DNA from: an uncultured Spirochaetota bacterium
GTDB lineage: Bacteria; Spirochaetota; Spirochaetia; SZUA-6; Fen-1364
Reading direction: 5' to 3'
DNA: 64,000 nucleotides
Assembly: GCA_963781885.1 (NCBI GenBank)
Contig: CAWAHW010000007.1
Span: 512,001 to 576,000 of the forward strand
Made by a program: the position numbers and the translations under genes. Under the pieces are notes generated by a model. That model was given only the letters and a program-made list of their open reading frames with translations. It was not told the origin of the DNA and did not search any database. Of the stretch, positions 51,747-61,959 are shown one piece after another. Within the stretch, counting starts at the first letter, position 1; the number at the start of each line of letters is the position of its first letter.

Positions 51747-51802
51747 GCTACGGTAGTCCGTGGCATTCATGCGCCACGGTAGTCCGTGGCATTGCGCCAC
51801 GG
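51747..51802. repeat. tandem REP-like palindromes (two full units and one half unit)
   Basis: gctacggtagtccgtggcatt, gccacggtagtccgtggcatt, gccacgg; 26-nt then 23-nt spacing. Confidence 0.85.
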
Positions 51803-51876
51803 ACGTGCACCGGAGCCGGTGGGCCCGGGCGCGTTGACTTGCGGCTGAGCGGGCGCGCGTGCGATAGTGACAGGCC

Positions 51877-52833
51877 ATGAGCAGGCTGGAAGATCTCCTG
51901 GGCGTCGTTGCGGACCGTCGACCCGTCTACGTGCAGACGCACGATTTTCCCGATCACGATGCTGTTGCGTCGGCCTTTGGCATGCAGGGCGTGCTCGCCC
52001 GGCGGGGCATACCGTCCCGCATCGTCCATGCCGGGGAGATCCAGCGCGACTCCCTGCGCCGCATGATCCGAGACCTCGGGATCGACGTCACGCACGCCGC
52101 GGACGTGCACATGTCCGACGCGGATCCCGTCATCATCGTGGACGGCTGCAAGGGAAACAAGAACGTGACCGATCTTCCCGGCGACGAGGTGGCGGTGATC
52201 GACCATCACGACGTGAAGAGCCCCGACAATGTGCCATTCGTCGACATCCGCCCGGACCGTGGCGCCTGCGCGACGCTTCTCTGCGACTACTGGGCGGAGG
52301 CAGGGGAGAGCATCCCCGGTCCCGTGGCAACGGCGCTCATGATCGGCATCAACATGGACACCGCGCTTCTCACGCGCCAGGTGAGTCGCTGGGACATCCA
52401 GGCCTACGCGGACCTCTACGTGCGCGCCGATCTGCGCCTGGAAAACTCCATCCTGCGCAACACGATCCAGACCAAGGATCTCGCCTTCTATCGACAGGCC
52501 CTCAAGAATGTCGAGATTCGAGACCGCATGGCATTCTGCTGGTTCCCCGAGGGCTGCAACCAGAACCTCCTCGGCATACTCGGGGACTTCTTCATCAGTC
52601 TCGAGGAGGCGGAGTTCGTCGTGCTCTGCGCCCGCAACGCGAATGTCATCAATGTCTCCGTTCGCAGCGAGCGGGAAGACTGGAACGCCTCCCGGGTCGT
52701 TCAGAAGGCTCTCGACGGCATCGGTTTCGGCGGCGGCCACGCGGACATGGCGGGCGGCATGATCCGCGAGCTCGCCGGCGTGGACGGTGAAGTCCTGCAG
52801 GCGCGTTTCAGGGAAGTCCTGGCCGCCGGATAG
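51877..52833 (+). CDS. DHH/DHHA1 phosphoesterase
   Basis: HDFPDHDA, IVD, IDHH, MDT, GGGH. Confidence 0.9.
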   Translation: MSRLEDLLGVVADRRPVYVQTHDFPDHDAVASAFGMQGVLARRGIPSRIVHAGEIQRDSLRRMIRDLGIDVTHAADVHMSDADPVIIVDGCKGNKNVTDLPGDEVAVIDHHDVKSPDNVPFVDIRPDRGACATLLCDYWAEAGESIPGPVATALMIGINMDTALLTRQVSRWDIQAYADLYVRADLRLENSILRNTIQTKDLAFYRQALKNVEIRDRMAFCWFPEGCNQNLLGILGDFFISLEEAEFVVLCARNANVINVSVRSEREDWNASRVVQKALDGIGFGGGHADMAGGMIRELAGVDGEVLQARFREVLAAG

Positions 52834-52963
52834 CGTGGGCTTCGCGGCCTGCCGCGATGACGACCCCCCCCCGATGATTGGCGCCATGTCCTCGCCTCCG
52901 GGCGGATTGATGATGTCGCTGCCAATGATCCATATCCGACGGATGACGGACGACATGAGCGAG

Positions 52964-52992
52964 TTGACACGGCCGGACAGGCCGCGCAAGAT
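52964..52992 (+). promoter_or_regulatory. sigma-70 promoter TTGACA-N17-CAAGAT, probably leaderless
   Basis: Perfect -35, 17-nt spacer, ATG 6 nt after the -10. Confidence 0.55.
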
Positions 52993-52998
52993 CGGGCC

Positions 52999-54348
52999 AT
53001 GTTGGACCTGGCATCACTGAATGCATCCCGCAAGGAAGACCGGCTGGACGCGCTTCGCCGCGTGGCAAAGCCGCGGCCCGGGGGCGTGCGACGCTTCCAA
53101 GAGGGGCAGGAGGTGAATTGCCACGTTCATTCCTTCTATTCATTCAGCCCTTATTCGCCTTCCGCAGCCGCGGCGTGCGCCCAAGCGGCCGGGCTTGCAG
53201 CGGTCGGCATCATCGATCACGACACCATGGCTGGTGCGGCGGAGATGCGCGCGGCAGGATCGATACTCGGCATCGCGACCACGGCGGGGGTGGAGCTCCG
53301 CGTCGATGCAGGAGGAACGAAGCTCGAGGGCAGGCGGATCAACAATCCCGACTCGCTGGGCATTCTCTACATGATCATCCACGGGGTGCCCGCGCGGAGC
53401 GATGCGGCGGTCCAGGATTTTCTCGCCCCCCTGCGGTCCGCCCGGGAGAGCCGCGGCCGGCGCATGCTGGCGGGCATCAACGACATGCTCCCCGGTCTCG
53501 GTCTTCCGCGCCTGGATTGGGAGAGGGACGTCCGGCCGCTCTCGCGTGCCGACGAGGGCGGGACCATCACGGAGCGCCACATCCTCTTCGCTTTGGCGCG
53601 CGCGGTGGTGGAAAAGGCCGGACGCGGCCTGGCGCTCATCGCTTATCTCCGCGATTCACTCGGCCTCGCTCCGCGCGGGCGCATCGCCGACTGGCTCGCC
53701 GACGCGGGCAACGACTTCCTGCTCTATGACCTGCTCGGTCTGTTGAAGGGGTCGTTTCTTGAGAAGGTGTTTCTCCAGCCGGATTCCCGGGAATGCATGC
53801 ATGTGACTGAGGTCGTGCGTTTTGCGGAGGAGATCGGCGGCATCCCCACCTACCCCTATCTCGGCGACGTGACGGATTCCCCCACGGGCGACAAGAAGGC
53901 GGAGAGCTTCGAAGACAGCTACCTCGACGAGCTCATGGAGGAGGTCGGAAGGCTCGGATTCAGGGCGATCGCCTACATGCCGCCGCGCAACACGATGGAG
54001 CAGCTTCGCCGCGTCCAGGCAATCTGCCGTGCGCGCGGCTTCATGGAGATCAGCGGCGTCGACATCAACAGCCCGCGGCAGTCGTTCACCTGCCCCGAGC
54101 TCCTTCTCCCCGAGTTCTCGCACCTTGCGGATGCCACGTGGGCGTTGATCGCGCATGAGAGGCGAGCGGACAACGATCCCCGCGACGGGCTTTTCCGCGA
54201 CGACAATCCCCTCGCGCCTCTTTCACTCGCGCGGCGCATCAAGACTTACGCCGCGGCGGGCAGGGCGATGGATCCATCCGACGACCCGCCCGCGGCTGCT
54301 CCCCATCCCGCGCCGGACTCCGGGGGGCACGGAGGCGTCCAAACATAG
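52999..54348 (+). CDS. PHP-domain metal-dependent phosphoesterase
   Basis: NCHVHS.YS, IIDHDT, GVE, ISGVDINS. Confidence 0.85.
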   Translation: MLDLASLNASRKEDRLDALRRVAKPRPGGVRRFQEGQEVNCHVHSFYSFSPYSPSAAAACAQAAGLAAVGIIDHDTMAGAAEMRAAGSILGIATTAGVELRVDAGGTKLEGRRINNPDSLGILYMIIHGVPARSDAAVQDFLAPLRSARESRGRRMLAGINDMLPGLGLPRLDWERDVRPLSRADEGGTITERHILFALARAVVEKAGRGLALIAYLRDSLGLAPRGRIADWLADAGNDFLLYDLLGLLKGSFLEKVFLQPDSRECMHVTEVVRFAEEIGGIPTYPYLGDVTDSPTGDKKAESFEDSYLDELMEEVGRLGFRAIAYMPPRNTMEQLRRVQAICRARGFMEISGVDINSPRQSFTCPELLLPEFSHLADATWALIAHERRADNDPRDGLFRDDNPLAPLSLARRIKTYAAAGRAMDPSDDPPAAAPHPAPDSGGHGGVQT

Positions 54349-54352
54349 AACA

Positions 54353-54370
54353 GAACGTTATATAACGTTC
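54353..54370. promoter_or_regulatory. perfect 18-bp palindrome upstream of the efflux operon
   Basis: GAACGTTATATAACGTTC. Confidence 0.6.
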
Positions 54371-54441
54371 ACCGTCGGTCTATGGTGAAATCAGGGTGAC
54401 CTTTGTATGTTCGTTTCATGCGAAAGGTTCAGGCATTGAAC

Positions 54442-55848
54442 ATGAAAGGCGCGATTCCGATCGCTGTGCGGCGGCTGGCCGTGTGTGCCGCTCTCCTCTG
54501 CATGCCTCTCTTTGCCTCGAATGCCGACGATCAGACCGTCACGCTCGACCAGGCGGTCCAGCAGGCGCTCGCAACCGGCCCCGACATCAGGCTGTCCAAC
54601 GCGACCATCGGCACGGCACAGTCGCAGTACGCGGCGGCGGTTGCTGCAAACTCCTTCGGTTTGAACGGGACGGGAGACATCAGCCACACCGAAGCCGGCA
54701 CGCTGCGCAGCAATGGGCAGATCGCCAGCAACCCGTACGACTCCGCCGACGCAGGGGTCAGCGTCAGCGGCCCTCTCTCCACCGCCGTGAGCGTCACCGC
54801 TTCGCAGGCCCTTTTCGAGAACACGACCCCGTTGAACCAGGCATCGCAGCTCCACGCGGGAGCGAGCTCCACTCTCTGGGACGGTTATCCCGGGGGAAGC
54901 GCGCGAGCGGCGGTCCAGCAGGCATCCCTGAGCCTCCAGGTCACGCAGTCCGGCGAGAACGCCAATCAGAAGAACATCGTCTACCAGATCAAGCAGGCGT
55001 ACTATACGCTCCTGGCCCAGCAGAGGCAGCTTGCCATCTTCCAGCAGACCCTGGAGCAGCGCCAGGAAGAGCTCAAGAAGACACAGGCGCTCTTCGACGC
55101 CCAGAGCGCCAACCAGATCGACCTGAAACAGGCACAGGTCAACCAGACGCAGGCGGACCTCGACCTCAAGAAGGCGCAAGATACCCTGGAGATAGACCGT
55201 GAGCTGCTGTCGGCGCTCGTAGGCTGGCCCATCGAGCGGCAGTATTCCGTGGCAGAAGTGCCTGACATGCCCGTTGCTTCGATGGACGTGGCCGAAGCGG
55301 TGAAAACCGCGCTTGCCCAGCGAGCTGACCTGAAACAGTCGATGCTCAATCTTGCCGCCGGGGACATTTCCGTCGCCCTGGCAAAAGCCAAAGGATCGCC
55401 CGTGGTGAAGGCCAACGGGACGTTCGACTACTACGTGAACTGGTCCAATCCCGTTTCCACGAGCACGGGCTGGGGCGCCGGCGTGAGCGTGAGCATGCCC
55501 GTGCTGGACGCGGGCGCCACGGCGGCGGCCGTGAAACAGGCGCAGCTGGCGAACGAGACCTTGAAAATCCAGCAGGAAAAGCTCGTGGCAAGCATCAGCA
55601 CAAGCGTCAAGAACGCGATCTATTCGCTGCGGGACCTCCTGGCGCGCGCGGATCTCGCGCAGGCCAGCCTCAATCTCGCACAGAACCAGTATGACCTCGC
55701 GCAACTCGAATTCGACAACGGAGTGCTGGCGAATCTCGACGTCCTGACCGCCTCCGTTGCGCTCACGACGGCGAAGGTGAATCTTGCCACGGCGAAGAGC
55801 AATGCACAACTAGGCGTGCTTGCGCTGCAGAACGCCCTGGGTTATTAG
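54442..55848 (+). CDS. TolC-family outer-membrane efflux protein
   Basis: Signal peptide, LTLDQAV-like start, two OEP repeats (LWDG; VSMPVLDAG), ends LQNALGY. Confidence 0.9.
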   Translation: MKGAIPIAVRRLAVCAALLCMPLFASNADDQTVTLDQAVQQALATGPDIRLSNATIGTAQSQYAAAVAANSFGLNGTGDISHTEAGTLRSNGQIASNPYDSADAGVSVSGPLSTAVSVTASQALFENTTPLNQASQLHAGASSTLWDGYPGGSARAAVQQASLSLQVTQSGENANQKNIVYQIKQAYYTLLAQQRQLAIFQQTLEQRQEELKKTQALFDAQSANQIDLKQAQVNQTQADLDLKKAQDTLEIDRELLSALVGWPIERQYSVAEVPDMPVASMDVAEAVKTALAQRADLKQSMLNLAAGDISVALAKAKGSPVVKANGTFDYYVNWSNPVSTSTGWGAGVSVSMPVLDAGATAAAVKQAQLANETLKIQQEKLVASISTSVKNAIYSLRDLLARADLAQASLNLAQNQYDLAQLEFDNGVLANLDVLTASVALTTAKVNLATAKSNAQLGVLALQNALGY

Positions 55849-55863
55849 GCAGAGGAGCCGATC

Positions 55864-57162
55864 ATGAAGAAGGGAACCAGGACGGGAATCATCATCGCCG
55901 CGATCGTCGTCGTCGCGGGCATCGGGTTCCTCGTCGTCCGGGGAAGGATCGCAGCGGGCGCGGCAAAGACCGCCGCGAAGGATCCCGCCGCGCCGACAAT
56001 CGTGAAGGTGACGCGGGGGAACCTGGACGCTTCCATCACGGCCTCCGGGCAGTTGCAGCCGAACACCATCACGACCATCCGGCCGGATGCCAACATGCCG
56101 ACGCGCAAGCTGGTGAAGATATTCGTCAAGGAAGGCGACCGCGTGAAGGTGGGAGAGGCGCTTGCCGAAGTGGATCCCTCGGGGCTTGACGCAAACCTCC
56201 AAAGCGCGAAAGCGAACTTCGAGTCGCAGAAAGTGAAGCTCGCCAACCTCCAGGCAAAGCCGCAGAACCTCGACATTGCCGCGGCCGAAGCAACCCTTGC
56301 GGGGGCAAAGAATACCCTGGACACCGCGCAGGAGAGTTACGACAACACCAAGGCGCTGGCGGACAAGGGGCTCGCGGCGAAAAACGTCCTCAACGATGCC
56401 CAAGGCGCGCTCGCCGCGGCGAAGGTCGCCTACACCTCCGCGCAGCTTTCCTATGACAACGTCAAGGCGCAAAACTCCGACGCCGACATCCAGGCGCAGC
56501 AGTCGGCCGTTTCCACAGCGCAGAGCGCGCTGGAGATCGCCCAGCTCATCTCTGACAGCATCACCATCCGCTCTCCCGCCGCGGGGGTGGTCGCGGAGGT
56601 GGACGTGAACGTGGGAGACCTCATCAGCCCCAGCACGGCCCTCATGACGGTGATCGACCCCGATCCCATGTGGCTGCAGGCGCAGGTGAATGAGAACGAC
56701 ATGGCCCAGGTGAAGGTCGGCCAGACCGCGACGGTGACGCCCTCCGGATACCCCGACATGTCCATTCCCGGCAAGGTCACGCAGATCGACCTCCACGCGC
56801 AGATCCAGTCGAACGTGTCGGTCTTCACGACAACCATCGAGGTGCCCAACAAGGATGGAAAGCTCCTGTGGGGGATGAATGCCGATGCGGAAATCTCCGT
56901 GCTCTCCCTGAACAATGTTCTCACGCTGCCCGTCGCGGCGGTGAAGACCGCCAACGGTGCGAGCACGGTGACGATACTCGACGGCGGACAGCAGGTCTCA
57001 TGGGACGTGCAGACCGGGGCCACGGACGGGACCAAAACCCAAATCGTCGCCGGCCTCGACGAGGGCACCGAGGTGGTGATCTCCCGCAGGTCGTCCGCGC
57101 CCACCACCACGACCCCGCAGCGCCCAGGCGGCATGGGCGGCCTGTTTTCGATCATAAGATAG
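55864..57162 (+). CDS. MacA-like periplasmic adaptor (MFP)
   Basis: N-terminal TM, VKEGDRVKVG lipoyl halves, coiled coil, GMNADAEI. Confidence 0.92.
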   Translation: MKKGTRTGIIIAAIVVVAGIGFLVVRGRIAAGAAKTAAKDPAAPTIVKVTRGNLDASITASGQLQPNTITTIRPDANMPTRKLVKIFVKEGDRVKVGEALAEVDPSGLDANLQSAKANFESQKVKLANLQAKPQNLDIAAAEATLAGAKNTLDTAQESYDNTKALADKGLAAKNVLNDAQGALAAAKVAYTSAQLSYDNVKAQNSDADIQAQQSAVSTAQSALEIAQLISDSITIRSPAAGVVAEVDVNVGDLISPSTALMTVIDPDPMWLQAQVNENDMAQVKVGQTATVTPSGYPDMSIPGKVTQIDLHAQIQSNVSVFTTTIEVPNKDGKLLWGMNADAEISVLSLNNVLTLPVAAVKTANGASTVTILDGGQQVSWDVQTGATDGTKTQIVAGLDEGTEVVISRRSSAPTTTTPQRPGGMGGLFSIIR

Positions 57163-57176
57163 GAAAGGGGCCGCAT

Positions 57177-59171
57177 ATGGCACGCGCCCTTATCGTCACG
57201 AACAACCTCACAAAGACATACGACACGGGGACCGTCGAGGTGCTCGCCCTGAAGGGCGTCTCCTTCACCCTGGAAGAGGGGGAGTTCGTGGCGGTCATGG
57301 GACCGTCGGGCTCGGGCAAGAGCACCTTCCTCAACCTCCTGGGCTGCCTCGACCACCCGACGAGCGGCAGCTACGTGCTGGACGGCACCGACGTGTCCAC
57401 GATGAATGACGACCAGCTCGCCGCCGTGCGCAGCACCTCCATCGGTTTCGTCTTCCAGGGCTTCAACCTCCTGCCGCGCACGAGCGCAGAGCGCAATATC
57501 GAGCTGCCGCTCATCTACACCGGCGAGCGGCGGCGTTTCACCCCGGCACACGCCCTCCTGGAGGCGGTCGGTCTTCCCAAGCGGGGCCACCACACTCCCA
57601 GCGAGCTCTCCGGTGGCGAGCAGCAGCGCGTAGCGATCGCGCGGTCGCTGGTGAACTCACCGGCGATCATCCTCGCCGACGAGCCGACGGGAAATCTCGA
57701 CAGCCGCATGAGCGACGAGATCATGGACATCTTCCTGAGCCTCAACCGCGCGGGGATCACGATCCTGATGGTGACGCACGAGGAGAGCGTGGCGGCCTAT
57801 GCGCGGCGCCTTGTGAAATTCAAGGACGGTGTAATCGTCTCCGACGAGCCCATTGCACATCCCAAGCCGCAGACCGGCGCCGGGGTGGACGTCGACACGA
57901 TACGCCGGGTCACCACGCGTGCCTCCAACAAGAGGCGCGGGGTATTCAGTCCGGGCGAGCTCTGGGAAAACGTCAGGTCCGCCGCACGGTCGCTCTTACA
58001 AAACAAGATGCGCGCCGTGCTCACGATCCTCGGCATCCTCATCGGCGTCGGGGCGGTCATCGCCATGGTTTCCGTGGGGCAGGGGGCGACCGCGGGCGTC
58101 ACGCAGCGCATCCAGGGGCTGGGGAGCAACTTCCTCACCGTCACGCCCGGCAGCAGCAACGTCGGGGGATTTCGCGCGGGATTCGGCTCCGTGGTCACCC
58201 TGACGATCGATGATGCCACGGCCATCAAGGCGGGCATACCGAACATCGTCGGGGTGGAGCCGGAAAACAATGCCCGCCAGCAGTTGAAGTACCAGAAGAA
58301 CAACTGGCAGACCTCTCTTACGGGAACCTCCGCGGACTATCCCACGGTCCGCAACTGGAATGTTTCCAGCGGAACTTTTTTCACGGATGAGGACAACAGG
58401 GCGAAAAGAAACGTCGTGGTTCTGGGACAGGACGTCGTCACGAATCTCTTCGGCGACGACGATCCCGTCGGCAAAACCATCAAGATCGGTGCGAACAACT
58501 TCAAGGTGATCGGCGTGCTGGAGAAGAAGGGCGCCGGCGGGGGGTTCTTCAGCCAGGACGACACCGCGCTCATTCCCATCAACACGATGTACGCGCGCTT
58601 TCGTCACCAGAAGGACGTGCGCAGCATCGGCGTGACCGCCACGGACAAGGACCAGCTCGACCAGGTGAAATCGGACATCACGGCGCTCCTGGAGCAGCGG
58701 CACAAGATCCAGGAAGGGGCGGCGGATGATTTCTCCATCGTCACCCAGCAGGACGTGCTGCAGACCGTGCAGGGCGTGTCCCAGATCATGACGCTTCTCC
58801 TGGGGGCCATCGGCGGCATCAGCCTCCTGGTCGGCGGCATCGGCATCATGAACATCATGCTCGTGTCCGTCACCGAGAGGACGCGGGAGATCGGCATCAG
58901 GAAGGCGCTCGGCGCGCGTCGGCGCGACATCATGGCGCAGTTCCTCGTGGAAGCGATCATCCTGTCCGGGCTCGGCGGTCTTCTGGGCTGGGGTCTTGGC
59001 GCCCTGGCGTCTCAACTGATCAGCAAGTTCGGGAACATGACCGCGATTCTCACGGTGGGTACCGTCGGGCTCGCGCTCGGGTTCTCGATTGCCGTGGGCC
59101 TTTTTTTCGGGATCTACCCGGCGCGCAAGGCGTCGCGCATGGATCCCATCCAGGCCCTGCATTTCGAGTAG
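57177..59171 (+). CDS. macB: MacB-like fused ABC ATPase-permease
   Basis: GPSGSGKST, LSGGEQQR, ADEPTGNLD; VGGIGIMNIMLVSVTERTREIGIRKALGA. Confidence 0.93.
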   Translation: MARALIVTNNLTKTYDTGTVEVLALKGVSFTLEEGEFVAVMGPSGSGKSTFLNLLGCLDHPTSGSYVLDGTDVSTMNDDQLAAVRSTSIGFVFQGFNLLPRTSAERNIELPLIYTGERRRFTPAHALLEAVGLPKRGHHTPSELSGGEQQRVAIARSLVNSPAIILADEPTGNLDSRMSDEIMDIFLSLNRAGITILMVTHEESVAAYARRLVKFKDGVIVSDEPIAHPKPQTGAGVDVDTIRRVTTRASNKRRGVFSPGELWENVRSAARSLLQNKMRAVLTILGILIGVGAVIAMVSVGQGATAGVTQRIQGLGSNFLTVTPGSSNVGGFRAGFGSVVTLTIDDATAIKAGIPNIVGVEPENNARQQLKYQKNNWQTSLTGTSADYPTVRNWNVSSGTFFTDEDNRAKRNVVVLGQDVVTNLFGDDDPVGKTIKIGANNFKVIGVLEKKGAGGGFFSQDDTALIPINTMYARFRHQKDVRSIGVTATDKDQLDQVKSDITALLEQRHKIQEGAADDFSIVTQQDVLQTVQGVSQIMTLLLGAIGGISLLVGGIGIMNIMLVSVTERTREIGIRKALGARRRDIMAQFLVEAIILSGLGGLLGWGLGALASQLISKFGNMTAILTVGTVGLALGFSIAVGLFFGIYPARKASRMDPIQALHFE

Positions 59172-59179
59172 GGAGGATT

Positions 59180-59830
59180 TTGATGATGAAAAGACATGCA
59201 TTCGTGCTTCTTGCTGGTCTTGCCCTCATTGTCGCCGCTGCACCGGCCGGCGCACAGACCCCGGGCGGGATGATGATGCAGGGCTTCAACGTCCAGACGT
59301 TGATCACCCAGCTTTCCCTGTACCTGCCGGAGGATTCCACGCGCGGCATGTACGCCGGGCGCGGCCAGGGCACGCAAGCCGGGCAAGGGGCGCCGGCGGG
59401 GCAGGCCTCGGCCGGCGGGCGGAGATTCCCGCAGATGCAGTTCACCCGTGATCCGAAGCTCTTCCTGACCAAGGAGCAGATCGCGGCATTGCTTCCGATC
59501 CTTCTGGACCTGAAGGCCAACCCGATGCCCACCCCGTCCAAGGCGAGGACGGTGCAGGCGAGTGTGGACACAGTCCTCACGGTCGCGCAAAAGGCGGAAT
59601 ATGCCGATTTCCAGAAACAGGTGCAGAAAATGATTGCGGATTTCCGCGCGCAGATGGCGGCAAATGGCGGCGCCGCCGGCAGCGGGCAATCCGCCGGCGC
59701 GGCCGGCAACGGCCAGGGCGGCGCGGGGGCAGGCGGCGGCTCCCAGATGGCGCCTCTCCAAAGGCGCCAGCGCCAGGTGGACGCATTCGTCCAGGTGCTG
59801 CAGGACCGCCAGAAGCAGCTCGGCGCCTGA
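59180..59830 (+). CDS. hypothetical exported Gly/Gln-rich helical protein
   Basis: Signal peptide, LTKEQ and LTVAQ motifs; GGAGG RBS; within the efflux operon. Confidence 0.75.
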   Translation: MMMKRHAFVLLAGLALIVAAAPAGAQTPGGMMMQGFNVQTLITQLSLYLPEDSTRGMYAGRGQGTQAGQGAPAGQASAGGRRFPQMQFTRDPKLFLTKEQIAALLPILLDLKANPMPTPSKARTVQASVDTVLTVAQKAEYADFQKQVQKMIADFRAQMAANGGAAGSGQSAGAAGNGQGGAGAGGGSQMAPLQRRQRQVDAFVQVLQDRQKQLGA

Positions 59831-59853
59831 GCGCGGGCAAGGAGGCAGGCTTT

Positions 59854-60546
59854 ATGCAGGCCCGCATACTGATCATCGAGGACGTGAAGGAGATGGCGGA
59901 TCTGATCCGCCTTTATCTGCAGAAGGAAGGCATGGATGCCACCATCTGCGAAACCGCGGAGGATGGCCTGGCGCGATTCGACGAAGCGCGCTATGACCTG
60001 GTCGTGCTCGACATCAACCTGCCCGGCATCGACGGCTTCGAGTTCCTCCAGCGTCTTCGCAAGACGAGCGCCATTCCCGTCATGATCGTCTCCGCGCGCG
60101 ACGCGGACGAGGACATGATCCTGGGTCTGGGCATCGGGGCGGACGAGTTCGTGACGAAACCCTTCTCACCGAAGGTCCTCGTCGCGCGCGTGCGCGCGAT
60201 GCTGCGGCGCACCACCGACATGAAGGCGGGCCCGAACAGCGTCAAGTTCGGGGACTACGTCCTGGACATCGACGGCTACCTCCTGAAACGGGCCGGTGCG
60301 AAGGTGCCCCTCTCGTCGCGGGAGTTCGAGGTGCTCGCCTACCTCGTCACGCATCCGGGCAAGGCCATGACGCCGGACACGATCTACGCGGACGTCTGGA
60401 GGAACCAGTATGGCGATGTGACCGCGGTCGCCGTCTACGTGCAGCGGCTGCGCAAGAAGATCGAGCAGGACCCGACGTCCCCCCAGTTCATCGAGACGGT
60501 GCACGGCATGGGCTACCGGTTCAACGCGGAGACCATCCACGCATGA
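59854..60546 (+). CDS. OmpR-family response regulator
   Basis: ILIIED, VLDINLP, GADEFVTKPF, RLRKKIE...ETVHGMGY. Confidence 0.95.
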   Translation: MQARILIIEDVKEMADLIRLYLQKEGMDATICETAEDGLARFDEARYDLVVLDINLPGIDGFEFLQRLRKTSAIPVMIVSARDADEDMILGLGIGADEFVTKPFSPKVLVARVRAMLRRTTDMKAGPNSVKFGDYVLDIDGYLLKRAGAKVPLSSREFEVLAYLVTHPGKAMTPDTIYADVWRNQYGDVTAVAVYVQRLRKKIEQDPTSPQFIETVHGMGYRFNAETIHA

Positions 60547-61925
60547 AGCTGCGCACGCAATTCTTCATCCTCGTCGGCGGCATCATCGCCGTCCCCTTCC
60601 TCGTGAGCGCCTTCATGCTCCTGTTCCAGTTCAGCGTCTCCCGGCGCCTCCAGCCGCTGCCGAACTACGAACAGCTCATGGCCTGGGTGACCCACCAGGT
60701 GCCCCGTGCCCTGCGCCGTGACGACCTGACGGAGCTCGACAAGGAGAGGCCGCCGGGTCTCGACGTCCTCCTCCTCGATAAAGCCTTCACCGTGATCTAC
60801 TCCACCATTCCGCAGATTCCCGCGGGCATGTCGGCGCAAAGCGCCGGCGTCTGGTCCTATATCGCGCGCAACATCGCGACGTCGCATTTCCAGGTCGACA
60901 GCGCCCACGTGGCGGGCAGTGAGGATTCGATGCTGATCCTCAAGCTGCCGCGCGCCCGCCCGGAGGAGATGCGTTTCCGCAACGTGGCGGTGGCCATCGT
61001 GATGTACACCTCCATCGCGCTCCTGCTCTTCTCCTCGCTCATGAGCTTCTTCATCCTGCGGTCCCTCAACGGATCCATCCAGGGTCTGGAGGGAGCCACG
61101 CGACGCATCGCCTCCGGGGACCTCGATTTCGACCTGCCCGCCCGGGGCAATGACCAGATTTCGTCCCTCACGCGCTCGTTCGACAGCATGCGGCGCGCGC
61201 TGAAGGAGGAGTATGCGCGGCGCGCCCGGTTCATCATGGGAGTCTCCCATGACCTGCGGACGCCCCTCACGCTCATCCAGGGCTACGTCGAGGCCATCGC
61301 CGACGGCTACGCCGCCGAGCCGGAAGCGCAGAAGAAGTACCTGTCCATCGTGCTCGACAAGACGCGCAGCCTCGAAGGGATGGTGGGGGACCTGATCGAG
61401 TTCGTGCGCATGGAGACGGGGCAGTGGCGCATGACGCACCGCGACGTGCCGGTGCGGCAGTTCCTCATGGACATCGCCCGCCGATTCGCCGAGGACGCCC
61501 TGATCTTGAAGCGGGATTTCGGCTGGAGCATCGACCTGCCTGACGATCTCACCGTCCGCATGGATGCCGCCTTGCTCACCCGTGCCCTGGAAAACCTCGT
61601 GGGCAATGCCATCCGCTACACGGAGGAGAAGGGGAGGATCACCGTCGCGGCGCGCCTGGAGGGGGAGACGGTTCTCCTTTCGGTCGCCGACACGGGCATC
61701 GGCATCCCCGCGGAGGACCTGTCCCGGATCTACGACCCCTTCTACCGCGGGACGAACTCCCGCCGCGAGCAGGGTTTCGGTCTGGGCCTCACGACGGTGA
61801 AGTCGATCATCGAGAGCCACGGCTGGGCGATGGCGGTGTCGTCGGAGGTCGGCATCGGGACGACCTTCACCATCCGTATGACGAACCCGATCGCGTCGAA
61901 GGGCGGAACGCCTCTCCGCGCTTGA
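60543..61925 (+). CDS. HAMP sensor histidine kinase
   Basis: Two TM, SHDLRTP, NLVGNAIRY, DTGIGI, GFGLGL. Confidence 0.95.
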   Translation: MKLRTQFFILVGGIIAVPFLVSAFMLLFQFSVSRRLQPLPNYEQLMAWVTHQVPRALRRDDLTELDKERPPGLDVLLLDKAFTVIYSTIPQIPAGMSAQSAGVWSYIARNIATSHFQVDSAHVAGSEDSMLILKLPRARPEEMRFRNVAVAIVMYTSIALLLFSSLMSFFILRSLNGSIQGLEGATRRIASGDLDFDLPARGNDQISSLTRSFDSMRRALKEEYARRARFIMGVSHDLRTPLTLIQGYVEAIADGYAAEPEAQKKYLSIVLDKTRSLEGMVGDLIEFVRMETGQWRMTHRDVPVRQFLMDIARRFAEDALILKRDFGWSIDLPDDLTVRMDAALLTRALENLVGNAIRYTEEKGRITVAARLEGETVLLSVADTGIGIPAEDLSRIYDPFYRGTNSRREQGFGLGLTTVKSIIESHGWAMAVSSEVGIGTTFTIRMTNPIASKGGTPLRA

Positions 61926-61950
61926 CAGCCGGGCGGCTTCCCGAAAGAAT
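61922..61950 (+). promoter_or_regulatory. sigma-70 promoter TTGACA-N17-AAGAAT for arfB
   Basis: Perfect -35, 17-nt spacer, ATG 9 nt downstream, no SD. Confidence 0.55.
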
Positions 61951-61959
61951 CATCGCGCC

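Noticed and set aside
51747-51802. Tandem palindromic repeats as a mini-CRISPR (also 24928-24975)
   Set aside because: Spacers are only 2-5 nt, there are 2-3 units, and no cas genes are present. A REP-like element fits better.
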